64,000 nucleotides of DNA from Asterias rubens (GCF_902459465.1 NC_047081.1:5456001-5520000); one strand, 5' to 3'; numbered from the stretch's first letter, positions 35,301 to 47,606 are shown. The notes: generated by a model from the sequence alone, not told the origin. A program made the numbers and translations.

Positions 35301-38040
35301 GGACTTGCGTCAATGCGTGGCCCCCCCCCCTTTTTTCCTCGGGCAGCGGTGGCACTGAAGCTGGCCTGGCTCAGATTCCTGGGCCTTATAGCCAGCATGG
35401 TGGATTTAATCAATTTTTGCAGGCGAGGGATGAGGCCTATTCAGCTTCGTCTCCTCACCTACTTCCGGCCTAGTCGCCATTCGATCCACCCCCCCCCCCC
35501 CCCGGTGCCTACCGTGCCTTGGCTGACCCCCCACCTATGTTGGTGGATGGCCAACCTCACGCAGAGTCGAGCGTTCTGTCCGCCCCGTCCGTCCTTGACC
35601 ATCGTCACCGATGCGTCTCTGTATGGCTGGGGGTGACCCTTTACCCTCGCCAGATAGCAGGGGTATGGGGCCCAGAACATCTCTCAAACCTGGAAATGCT
35701 GGTGGACCGCAATGCCCTTCAGCATTTCCTGGCGCAGTTGACGGGGCAAGCCGTCTTGGTGCATTCCGACAACGCTACAGTCGCGGCGTATATCAACCAC
35801 CAGGGGGGCACCCAGTCGTTTAACTCCACTGGTGCATACAGCAGGGGACTTTTCTGTCGACGGTCTCCATCCCAATGAAGGAGAATGGTACAGCCGACGC
35901 CCTCTCCCGGGGTCGGATTATTTCGACAGAGTGGTCCCTCCGCCCACTCCGTCCCTCTGCCTGGGTGGCCCAGCCTCTCTTTCTGCTGATTGACTGGCCT
36001 TCAGTGGACTTGTTTGCCCCTCTGGCGAACAAGCAGCTGCCGATCTACTGTGCCAGAGGCTTGGCAGATCGACGCACTGGCCATGCACTGAGACGGGCTG
36101 CCGACGTACGCCTATGCCATCTCCCTCATTACGGGGGTGCTGACCGAGATCGAGCAGGATTCCTGCAAGGTTCTTTGATCGCCATCTGGCCACCACAGCC
36201 CTGGTTCCCTGGGCTGGTCAGGCTCCTGGTACACAGGCCGATGGTCCTTCTGAACGACCGGACCTTATATACCAGCCCGGACCCATAGTGATTCATCCGG
36301 CTTTGGGGGCCCTGCACCTGACATGCTGGGCGCTGTCTGGGGACCCCTCAGAGCAGTGGGCCTCTCGAGACGGGCTGCGGAGGTCGCCGCCCAATCTTGG
36401 AGGGCCTCCATTCGGAGATTATATGATTGCCGACTACACTATTTCTTTAAATAGTGTAGACGGCGAGCTATACATCCCGCCAATACATCAGGGATTTCCT
36501 CTGGTACCTTTGAAAGCGGGCTGGCGACGGCCACGGTGAAGGATTACCGGTCAGCCATCGCAGCGTTTCACGCGGGGTTTGCCGGTGGATCGATGGTTTT
36601 CCGATAACCAAGCAATCCGGCAGCTGACTAGGGGGATGTTTGTTAACCCGTCCCCCTGTGTGCAAGATGGTCCAACCCTTGGACCTCTTTAGCGTATTGT
36701 CAGTTCTAACCAAACCCCCTTCGAACCGCTATTGTGGGGCCACATTGTTGCACTTGTCTATCAAGGTGGCTTTCTGGTGGCAGTGGCTACGTCTTCCCGA
36801 CGTAGCAAACTCCACTTCCTTACAGTGTTGGCTGGACACATCCTGGGGGAACTTGGAGGAGTCCGCCTTATACCTTCTGCGGGGTTCTTGGGTGAGATTC
36901 AGTCCGATTCTTTAGAACCCTCAGACACCTTTGTCCCCGACCTTAAAGCTTTTTTTGGCGGTCGTGGTCGACAGACTTTGGTGCCCTGTATGGGCATTAG
37001 GTGGTATGTCGACCGCACAAAGTCAATCAGAACCGGCCACAAACGACTGTTTGTGTCCACGGTTCCACCATTCCGACCGTCGTCTCGCGATACGATCGCA
37101 TGTTGGATAGTCACAGCTATTCGTTTGGTGCCCTGTACGGGCATTAGGTGGTATGTCGACCGCACAAAGTCGATCTGAACCGGTGTCCACGGTTCCACCA
37201 TTCCGACCGGCGTCTCGCGATACGATTGCATGTTGGATAGTCGCAGCTATTCGTTTGGTGCCAGGCGGGTGGCCTGCGGCCGTTGGTCCGGTTCATGCCT
37301 GCGAGATGCGGGGACGTATTCCTCATGGATTTTCTTTAAAACCCCATGAAGGATATCACAAGGGCGGCTTCCTGGAAGAACCCTTACATGTTCTCCGACT
37401 GCTACCTGAAGGACGGTCTGCAGGTGGATGGAAGAGCAGGTCGAGCCGTGTTGCAGGCGGCCAGCCGAGCTGTGAAGCGTGAAGAAGCTCCACCTCGTTA
37501 GGGATCACGCTTGTATGTGATTTTCCCATATAATAGAGGGCTAACATTACAATAAGTTCTGTTCACCCATGGGGACGAAACCTCCATTCATTCGGGCATG
37601 GACCTTAATCAGGCCTAGGGTCCGCGAGGCGTTCTCTGAACTTTGGATTGCGCCTGGGTCCTACGCCCCTAAAGACACGCGTATACCCACCGCCTTTCCT
37701 CGGTGCGAGTCTATGCAAATTAGTAATTCGACTCTACTGGTAAGTAGAGTGAAGTAGACTCCCCCCCACAGAAGTGTGGATGGGGTCTACGAACGAATAC
37801 TTACCGATAGAGTATCCCTCCCTCCTTCCCCACATACGCGGTTCTTGGGTGCTTACATTTTGGTAGGGCTCATAGAAAAGAGGACGACTTCGTGGGTAGG
37901 ACGGTGGAGGGCGCTATTGTGTGTAAACTCTTAGCAATATTGCCTGGCGGCATAGGGAATATGCAAATTAGTAATTCGACTCTACCGGTAAGTATTCGTT
38001 CGTAGACCCCATCCACACTTCTGTGGGGGGAGAGGGGAGT
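32309..38040 (+). mobile_element. DIRS1-type tyrosine-recombinase retrotransposon, internally deleted and degenerate
   Basis: Left ITR about 32309-32465 inverted versus about 37873-37993 plus a right extension; internal complementary region 37712-37813. Remnants: ORF1 about 33860-35050, RT C-terminus LDDWLI (35060-35290), RNase H TDAS..GWG / HSDNATV (35590-35880), methyltransferase-like ADALSR...VDLFA (35880-36290), tyrosine recombinase TVKDYRSAI (36290-37480). Confidence 0.9.
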
Positions 38041-39051
38041 TTCATACCAAGCAGCAACCCCTAGTGGTACAGAAAGACAAGAGCCACTGAAAATGACACC
38101 TCTATCCTCTGCCCCGTGGAAAGAAATTGCAGTGGATTTCACTGGCCCATATGCGCCAGGAGAATACCTTCTCGTGGTTGTTGACAAATACAGTCGCTAT
38201 CCCGAAGTCGAAATTGTTACTTCTACTTCATCCAAAGCTACCATTCCAAAGTTGGATGCGATTTTCGCTAGACAAGGATTTCCTGATGTGGTGGAGACAG
38301 ACAATGGCCCGCCATTTCAAGGTTATGAGTTTGCCAGGTTTTCAGCCTTCCTTGGTTTCACTCATCGCATAGTCACACCACTACATGTATGGCCCAGAGC
38401 AAATAGTAAAGTCGAACACTTGAACAGAACGCTTGGAAAAGTCATACGCACAGCCAAATCAGAAGGAGTAAGCTGGATCAGCAGCTGTACAAATTTCTCC
38501 ATCAATAAATTTACATGTATCTCCAATTGAAGCTCTGAACTCTAGAAAGCTGAAGTGTGAGCTACCTGAATTACAGACTCCAATGCAGTCTCACAAACAT
38601 GACGCCTTTCTCAGAGAACGTGATGCACAGCAGAAGTCACAGATGAAAGAATACACAGATAATCTTCTTCATGCTAAGCCGAGCAACCTCAGACACACTC
38701 CCCCATTCAACCCCAAACCATTTGAAGTGATGACGTGAAGAGGAAACATGATTGTAGCCAGACGAGGCGAGAAAATCACTAAGCGAAACATTTTTTACTT
38801 CTAAAGGATTGCAACCCCTCCGCCAGACCACCACCCTTTTTCAGAAGACTATGAAGAGCACATCAACAAAACAACCTCTCTTCGCAGAACCACCACCTAC
38901 CCAAGAGGACACTACCTTGCCAACACTTGATGCTGATAAACCTCTGACTACACCACAAAGCCCCAGCTCAATGGAATCTTGTCTCCATCGAGTTCAGAAG
39001 ACTCCTAGAGTTCATAAGACTCCAGCTAGATTCAAAGACTATGTCAAATAA
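38041..39051 (+). pseudogene. Gypsy/Ty3 integrase core and C-terminus (right half of split element)
   Basis: PWKEIAVDFTGP, LLVVVDKYSRYPEV, TDNGPPF and WPRANSKVEHLNRTL; ends KTPARFKDYVK*. Purine tract then TG at 39358-39371 may mark the PPT and 3' LTR start. Confidence 0.88.
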
Positions 39052-39910
39052 GTTGTGAAAAACAAGTTAAATTTCACTCATAAACGTTTTTTCAGTTTTC
39101 TGATAAAAACATCTGGACTGGTGAAGTCAAGAAGGCTTACACAAACCAAACCGTTTGTTGTCAAAGAACTTTGAAACTAAAGGAAACTTTAAGTCTTCTT
39201 CATTAGTCTGATTTTTGTTGAAAATTGATGAGAAATTTGTACTGTTGTGATTATCATGCAAGCAATTGACTTTTTGAAGCAATTGACTTTTTGCAATGCA
39301 TTCAAGCAGAGACATTTAAAGAATGCATCTAATCAGGGGTAGGATAGATACATGTATGGGGAGGGAGGATGTGAGACAGAAGGAGAGTGAGTGCATAGGC
39401 ACTGTTCTTCCCAAAAAGACCTTAACACTGAGATTTTTGATGGTCGATGGTTGGTGGCTGAATATGAAGCCTTATACAGGAGACCACTTTCCTGGTGAAT
39501 TTGTTGAAATTGGGCAAATTACTGTACAGAGTTGCAGTTGTTTACAGAGCTGGATATTCATGTCACTGAAAGTGGTATAAGAAAGGATGATAAAACATTC
39601 TGACAATTCATACAAATAAAAATGTGAAAGAGCCTGAAAACTACCATGGTTCGAACTTCACAAGATTCTTGAACAGATTTAGGCTACTTGACATTGTAAG
39701 AAGTTCTTTCATCTTTGCCAGAATCAGTTGTTGAAAGTTTTATTCAACCAGCAACTGCTCCATGATTCAACTGGTCAAAGCCGTAATGCAAACCATGGAT
39801 ACATGTCTTTCACACTTCTTTGTGATGTCACTGTCGCAAGGTTTTGTACAAATACACTGTTTTTGTGTTATAAATTGTGTATTTTACAAGTTGCTGAGGA
39901 ATTATATTAA

Positions 39911-40289
39911 AGGCAGTGGACACTATTGGTAATTGTCAAAGACTAGCCTTCACAGTTGGTGTATCTCAACATATGCATAAAATAACAAACCTGTGAAAAT
40001 TTGAGCTCAATCGGTCATCAAAGTTGCGAGATAATAATAACAGAAGAAAACACCCTTGTCACACGAAGTTGTGTACGTTTAGATGGTTGATTTTGAGACC
40101 TCAAGTTCTAAACTTGAGGTCTCGAAATCAAATTTGTGGAAAATTACTTCTTTCTCGAAAACTATGGCACTTCAGAGGGAGCTGTTTCTCACAATGTTTT
40201 ATACCACCAACCTCTCTCCATTACTTGTCACCAAGAAAGGTTTTATGCTAATAATTATTTTGAGTAATTACCAATAGTGTCCACTGCCT
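39911..40289. mobile_element. Kolobok-type MITE (AGGCAGT family)
   Basis: TTAA 39907-39910 and 40290-40293; same TIRs as 8884-9240, opposite orientation. Confidence 0.82.
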
Positions 40290-40293
40290 TTAA

Positions 40294-40648
40294 AGGGAAG
40301 GTACAGTGTACACGTTTGATAACTACTCAAAACAAGTATTAACTTAAAAACCGACTTGGTAACGAGCATTGGGGAGCTGTTGGTAGTATAACAGATTGTG
40401 GGAAACGACTCCCTCTGAAGTAACGTAGTTTTTGAGAAAGAGGTAATTTCTCAGTAAAATAACAAAAGACTTCTAGCTAGAAGTCTTTTATTCCTATCTG
40501 AAAGCACACAAATTCGTCCAACAAGAGTGTTTTTTTCTTTTTCTATCATTTTCTCGCAACTCCGATGACCAATTGAGCTAAAATTTTCACAGCCTTGTTA
40601 TTTTATGCTTATGATAGGATACACTAAGTACAAACGTGTACCTTCCCT
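40294..40648. mobile_element. Kolobok-type MITE (AGGGAAG family), tandem with the previous one
   Basis: Shares TTAA 40290-40293; ends caaacgtgtaccttccct|TTAA (40649-40652). Confidence 0.8.
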
Positions 40649-41281
40649 TTAAAGAAGCTTTTACATTTTGTAAAATAACAGTACTTCGTCAATGGCCGGG
40701 CAAACTGTAGCATGATTTACCGTAGCACGAGTTTCCGTAGCACGAGTTACCAAGTTTTTGTGCGCGTCAATGTGAAACTAAGAAGAGCACATCTTTTTAT
40801 GGTACACCATAATAAACTTCTGCATAATAGTTACTCATCATATAATCAATTAGACTTGATTGGGTTTTGTTTTAGGACACAATAAAAATAAAAATGAGGA
40901 ATTGTTTAGCATGTCCTTGCTCGTAGCACGAGTTACCGATATTCATACCTGTCCCATGCATACGACAATTATTTTTTTCTCAACAAATTACTATGAGGAT
41001 AACCTTGGATGTTGGCTTTGAAAATACAAAACATTAAGATTCAAATCAAATATGTTAATAACTGGAGCCTGGAGTATGAAAAAGGACACCATAAAGTGTA
41101 GCACGAGTTACCGCGGAATTGGCCATATTATACACATTCCCTCAAAACTATCTTTGCACACATTCTTATAATTGAAAATGGTACCGTCAGTCGCATTACA
41201 TTTCGTCACTCGCATTTCATGTCACTCGCATTTCAAATTTCAAGAGCCTCCTGTTATAATGTGGTTGGTATTTTGTTTTAA

Positions 41282-41686
41282 TATAGGTTTTCTCGGTCAA
41301 ATTCGACAAATGAGCAGCCAATTTCATGTTCGAATTAAAGCTATTTTGCCTCTCCAGTTTTTACTGCGTTTCAAATTCAGAATTCGGCCATTCAATTTCT
41401 TTTTTAGTCGAGTCAAATTCCTTTAGCACTCTATTTAATTTGGCATACCGTCATTCTTTTTCGTGACACATACGCCCCAAGAAGCGTCTGCGAATTTGAA
41501 TGCTGCTTTGATGGATGGTTAAATTGAATGATTATTTTGTTAAATCGAATGACGTAACATTACATTTGATTAATCATAAAACACATCGAGTGACCCTTTT
41601 CAGTAGCATTCGATTTCATGCGAAATAGAATAGGCTGGTGGTTAAATTGGCTGCTCATTTTCCGAAATTGACCGAGAAAACCTATA
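41282..41686. mobile_element. MITE with about 43-bp TIRs and TA flanks
   Basis: tataggttttctcggtcaaattcgacaaatgagcagccaattt versus aaattggctgctcattttccgaaattgaccgagaaaacctata. Confidence 0.7.
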
Positions 41687-42119
41687 CTTGGTGCTTTTAT
41701 ACTTGGTATTGGTGGGAGAAGCAAATTTTCAATGCCAACATTACAATCACAACCAGTTGTAAAAAAAAAACTTCATACCTCTCTGCATACATATCTTAGA
41801 GAAAAGTCATGGCCAGATTATTTTGATTTTTTATTATTTTTTTCCAAGGGATAATGTCATACTACTAAATTGCTTTTAAAACAATTCTGTAAAACTGCTT
41901 TTTTTTATGGGAAAATGCAAAAAAAAACTATTTGAACAAATAAATAAAAATTCCTGGTCCTTCCATCCGATAGCATTAACTTAAAAATAGAAAGAAAGTT
42001 CGAGGATGCATTTGATTTTTTGGGGTCTACATGTATGTCCCTGTTTGCTTTGAATTGCACCATTTGATCCTGGGCTTCAATGATTTCAGGATTTTTGGAA
42101 GAAGGACCAAATTTCAAGT

Positions 42120-42505
42120 ACTATACAACCTATTTCAAACTTTTTTTAAGTTTTAGACTCCTTTAGGCATTTAAAATAAACTTTGAAAACCCGTGACCCC
42201 AAGTTGACCTCTACGTCCGAGTCAATCGGAAGTGGGACCATGTGTCAAAAACTACACAACCGATTTTTAAACTTTTTTCAGTTATAGACTTCTTAGGTAT
42301 TAATATTGACTTGGGAAAACCGTGACCTCGTGTTGATCTATACTTCCGGGTCATCCGGAAATGGGACCATATACACATGTATCAAGAACTAAACAACATT
42401 TTTAAATTTCTTTTAGTGATAGACTCCTTGGTCATTGAAGCACATAATCCAGGCAAAATAACATGGAACAGCTTTGTGTTTGTTCACAAGCACCTAATGT
42501 CTAGT
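42120..42505 (-). repeat. Helentron/HINE-like array element (array C)
   Basis: Reverse complement of the array A/B head (gtgtttgttcacaagcacctaatgtctagt) and monomers; ends 30 nt before the PDE exon at 42535. Confidence 0.6.
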
Positions 42506-42534
42506 TTTATACTTATTTTTGCATGTTTTTTCAG

Positions 42535-42672
42535 GTTCTTTTGGAATTAGCAAAGGTACTTTTTGAGGAGCAAAGCACTCTTTCTAACATTGTTCGGAGG
42601 ATCATGGAGTTAACGATATCTCTACTGCGTTGTGAACGGTGTTCCATACTGCTTGTGGATGAGACATCTAAG
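42535..42672 (+). CDS. Next PDE exon (start of GAF-B)
   Basis: tttttcag|GTT acceptor and AAG|gtaagt donor; 138 nt, phase 0-0. Translates VLLELAKVLFEEQSTLSNIVRRIMELTISLLRCERCSILLVDETSK, resembling the VLL.LA...FEEQ..L and L.CERCS.LL segments of PDE5/PDE11. Confidence 0.93.
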
Positions 42673-45600
42673 GTAAGTTTACCTTTCATTCTTATATTAC
42701 ATCTTCATGTTGTTATTCAAGTCTATTTTTGACATGTGTACTTACCTGTAGAGCTATTAAATTTGGATATTTCCTATTTGGCTGAATGCTAATTTTGTTT
42801 AACACAGTAGTGCATCCAACAGGCTACAACTGGGCCCTTAACAAAGTCACCACTACCTGGCACCAAATTGTGCACAGGGTGAGGTGATCTTCCTTGTGCT
42901 ACTTACTGCTAGATCATGTGTGCCTTAAGAAGATCAAGGCCATGTATCTGGGTAAACAAATGGAAGAAAGTGTTGAGAATGCTACGTATATTTATACACC
43001 TCATACAGGCTGATTATGAATAGTTTCCCACTGTACCAAAGTCTATCTGCCAAATGCACTGAAGACAAGATTGAGGTTGAAACAGGGAAAAGTTAAGAAG
43101 ACACTTTTCCGACTGCACCCGTGACAAAATTGAGTCGCAACTAAAGAAAAAACCAATGCAGCTTTCCACTGTGGCATCTTTGTTTCTTTTTAATACTACA
43201 GTATTAGAGTATCTACTTTTGCTTCTTTACTGCGTAAACACCCGTTGTAATGCAGATGAAGTGTTGGCAGTGTAGAAATATAACTAGGTTTTATGAATGG
43301 GTGGGCTAGGTTTGGATGTCCTTGACGTTTAATAGTTTAGCAACCTAGCTTTGAATTTGTCTACGGTCGTTGCTTCCTTAGTATAACAATAATAATAATA
43401 ATAATAATAATATTAATCTTATTAATAATAATAATAATTATTAAGATGGCTCTGTAAGGCCAGCTGAATTGCTACTTGTATGGATGTGTTCATTGTCTGT
43501 TTCTTCCGGAAATCTCTCTGCAGACTGATCGCACATACAACATGTACCATCATGCTCCGCAAGCAAACACATGCGCAGATTGTTGCATAACCCACATGCT
43601 CCTTACTAAATAGTTAAGAACTTTACAACATGCACTGTCAGTTGCAGTGCTCCACATTTCTTATTGTGTGTCAGTTCTACCGACTAGTATGAAAAATAAT
43701 ATGCAAATGTTTGGCTCTACAGGTAAGTTTTCACTTCTAGACCCTAACAAGGTTTCTGGGGTTGGGAAGGGGCGTTATAAATGCAAGCTGTCACTCAGTA
43801 TACACATTTGTATTAAACTGCCTTGCATGCACAAATTTACAAGTGATGTCTCTTTTTGCCATGTATCATGCTGCTCATGTAAGGCCTAAAAAAAAAGGTT
43901 GTGCATCCGACAGCTCCAGCTACTGTAGGTGCTCTCTGGTGGTTTCTGAAGCATTTCTGGTACCTATTTCTCTGTTACAAGTAAACTATTTTGCTTTAAT
44001 TTTAAACTTTTTTCCAACTCGAAAATGAGAGGCTTTAAAGCACAGATATTGTAAAGGTGATTGACGTCCACTATTTTTGCTCCTTTTTTGCAATAATGAT
44101 CAAACATTGTAACAAAGAAGACACAAACAACAAATAACACATGAATCATTTCAAACAGATTACAACCTTCGTTTTTGTGTCACTTTAGTCACATGCCAGT
44201 TTGACCATGGAGCTATTTCTACCTCCATGGTTTGAGATGGTTTGTATTTGAACTTTAAAACAAATACACATTATTAAACTCTATAAAATGTTTTCTGGGG
44301 CAATATTAGGCCAGTTCAAAGCAGTTACTTGGACCATGGAGCGTGGACCCATTTAGCCCGAAATGATATAAAAGCGATACAAATAATGTAGTACAAGTTT
44401 GCTGTCAACAAAATATTTTTGGGCATGTGTTACTCTTGATACAAATTTTTGCTTTAAAGACTAAAAAAAAAAATGAAGAGGTATTGAATAAATTAAGAGT
44501 TATCATTTACCAATGTTAATTTTCTATCCATTCTTGTCCATTCGATTACAGAACTATAGGCCTAAGGTCAAGAAGCTGATAATAGTTTTTGTATTTATTT
44601 TAAACAAGTCAATCAATTAATTAATGTAAAATAATGATTTACACAAGTATTTGCAACCAATCAAAATGTCAAGAGTGATTTACATGTACATGTACCATAA
44701 TTGTTTGCTTAATTTAAACTGACTGATCATGGTAATTAATATTTTCCTTAGTAATTGTTTAGGTTTCATAACGTTTCAGTCTTATAGGTATGTTGTTTAA
44801 TTGTTGAAACTGGGTCAAAGGCAATTTGTGTAGGGCCTACTGATATGAATACAAGTTTTCCTTTTTACGCCAGCATTTCATGCAGCCTTAAACGATTTAT
44901 ATATTAGGCCTATAAGAATATACTTTTCTCTGATTTCATATGGGGGGGGGGGGGGGCAAGAGGGGGGGGGCAAGGGTTCTGAGCGGGGGGGGGGGGGGGG
45001 GGGGGGGGCGCCGGCCCCCCTGCCCCCCCTCTGGTTACGCCACTGATGACAACGAGCAAACGATGTGCGCTTGAATTTCTAGAAGGAAAAAAGATTGTCA
45101 TGTTTGCCGCCGTCGAGTTGGGAAAAACTGCGAAACCAATCTACAAAGCAACTGCAGAATGTATTCGGTATAAGGTGCACTGCGCCACGTATCACTCAGT
45201 TGCCGATACTGACGACATAGTAGAAACATCCAGAGCGCGATGGTTTGTAGGATCGTGGAGATGAGATTGGTACCTAAAATAATCCGAACGAAAATGCATG
45301 TGAATTTGCCTCTATCATACCAGGCGTGCATGGAGTTCAAGCTGCCTGCTGATGACAGTCGATGACGACGACTGACCGTTAAAACGAAATCTGCGTGTCT
45401 TGCTTGTTGCGTAATCTGCACGTGCTATGTGTATAGTGTTTTGATGTGGTCAGCGTTTTCGAGGCAACTTCGAGTGATTGTTTTATGAAATCTGGTAAAA
45501 CCAAATCTAGTTTTACTCACTGCTGTTTTTAAACAGTTCAACAACAACAAAATAATAAAAGAAGTTCAGTAATTTTCACTGAAATGATTAGACTGTACGG

Positions 45601-45675
45601 CTTCAACAAAGCCGTGCATCAAAATTTGCCCGTGTTTTCAGCCCAACCAACACTGCGTGCACGGCCCACTAGCTA

Positions 45676-45940
45676 ACACGTTGTCCTGAATGCTCCATGT
45701 TGCCTGAACTCCTGGGGTGATCGCTGTTTTTCACATGCCGGACCATCTCTTTGGAACAGCGTCCCACTTCAACTCAGAAAAGCAGATCCTTGTTCCACAT
45801 TAAAAAATCATCTCAAAACATTCCTATTTCGGAAATTTCTTGTTCATTGTGTATTAGCAGTGTTCTTGTGTTTTTTTGCGCCAGGAGTGTCATCTTTGAC
45901 AGACACGGCGCACTAGAAATGTTAAACATTATAATTATTC
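45676..45940 (+). pseudogene. 3' end of an L2/CR1-group LINE
   Basis: Translates WGDRCFSHAGPSLWNSVPLQLRKADPCSTLKNHLKTFLF, the typical GDRAFS..AP.LWN.LP...FK..LKT.LF ORF2 terminus, followed by an AT-rich tail. Confidence 0.75.
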
Positions 45941-45984
45941 CAATAAAATAAGTGTCAAACGGAAAAATGAGCCGACAAATATAA

Positions 45985-46122
45985 GTTATCACACAAGCGC
46001 GAGTGGAATATGGATATTATAGCACTTCTGCGTCCCATATCCAACGAGGCCTAAGGTTGAGTTGGATATGGGATGCAAGCGCGCTATATTTTTCTGTATT
46101 CCATGAGCGCGCATGTTATAAC
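45985..46122. mobile_element. Long-palindrome non-autonomous element (possibly Crypton-type)
   Basis: gcgtcccatatccaac / gttggatatgggatgc inner arms, loop gaggcctaaggttga, degenerate outer arms. Confidence 0.5.
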
Positions 46123-47606
46123 AAATTTATCTTCAAGTCTCACGTGCAACACGCAAAGTTAAAAATTTCAGAACGTTATTTTGGGACGAACAGCATATGC
46201 GCAAAGTTTTAAATGTGATTTAAATGTGAGCGTGACGTATTGACTTTCTAAATACGCAGTGTGCAGTATACTAAAAACTGGGAGTAGGTTTATAGCTTTT
46301 TTTATCACCCTCCACTTTGAGCATCTGATTGGTGGATTAGCACGTACTGGAAGATAAATCACCATGCCATGCCATTTTGTTAAGTTGTTTTCACCCATGG
46401 TGGTACAGGTCTCTATTCAATTCAATGCACACACACATACCAAGGAAATTGACTCGAGCATACCATGGAGCTATAAATTACATGTACTAGCGGCAGCCCG
46501 CTAGATGAGGAGGTAACAATCAGTTTGTAGGATTGGATTAGAAATTGTATTTATAATCAGTATGGAGTATTGTCATTTATTGTCTTTTGATAAATTGTTG
46601 AGTGTGCACAACATAGTTGTGAAACGTTGCCTCTCCCCACCTTCTCTCTTACGTTCTCCAACTAAAGGAATTAGTGTTTGTTTCTGAAATTGAGCTTTAA
46701 TATTGGGAAGGGTATACTTGGCAATGGCGGCATGATATGTAGGGTTTTTGGTGATATTTTAGTGTTGATCGAGCGGGCCTACGCATTATCCGTATAAATG
46801 TGGATTATTTGTCGCCTCTATATATTACGCATGAGTTTTAATTCAATTGGCTTTTGTCATGGTATTAATTTTATTCACTGCACTGAGTATTTCCCCGCTA
46901 AGATGACTGTAAGGGTAAATACTTAGTCGACGAAAAATGTACTTAATGACACACTTTTTTTAATGTGTTGAGCAGCGCATTGGGTATAATTCAAATACCT
47001 GTGGATAATAGTGAAGTCTTTGTCAAAGAGCCAATCAGACAATTGTATACGATTAATTTGGATCGGCAGTGGTATTTGGTTCCCTCCTCAACAAATCCAT
47101 AGACACCGATAGCCGCGGATTTGCTCGACTAAAGGCTCGCAAGAGCCTCTGCATGGTCTCCCCCTCAACAATAATATCCGTTGCAGAGGAGATATCCGAC
47201 TAAAAAGGCCTCTATGAAAGTAGTACCCTCTTTTAAAACAAACTCATAACCACAGCAACTGATTGAAACAAAGTAGTTGGTATGTGCTTTCAGTAAGTTT
47301 TATGTCCGACAGACGATTCGAAATACCGCCGATGACTGTCACGTTCCACTATACTGTACATGCTGTACACAAGCGTTTGTGGTACATGCGGCATGCAACG
47401 ATGCTGGCTGATTTACGTACGTGCAACGAGTCTCTCAGTCGGACCGCCGTGGTCAGTGTTCCTCTCGGCTTGAAATATCTGTCGTACGGTGAGTAACGAG
47501 GCCAACGCTAAAGCAAGTGATATGTGTCTATGAGGTTAATAAGGCGATTACGATGGTTGATTTCCTAGCTCCTGACCAACAGTCTTTATTCTTTCATACC
47601 ACTTAA

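Noticed and set aside
43675-43722. Possible 48-nt PDE micro-exon (tcag|...ACAG|gtaagt)
   Set aside because: Open only as a phase 1-1 exon, whereas the preceding exon ends in phase 0, and the peptide does not resemble GAF-B. RNA-seq could overturn this.
44940-45046. Complete hAT MITE ending ttacgccactg
   Set aside because: Only a right end with G/C runs was found; no left TIR or TSD located.
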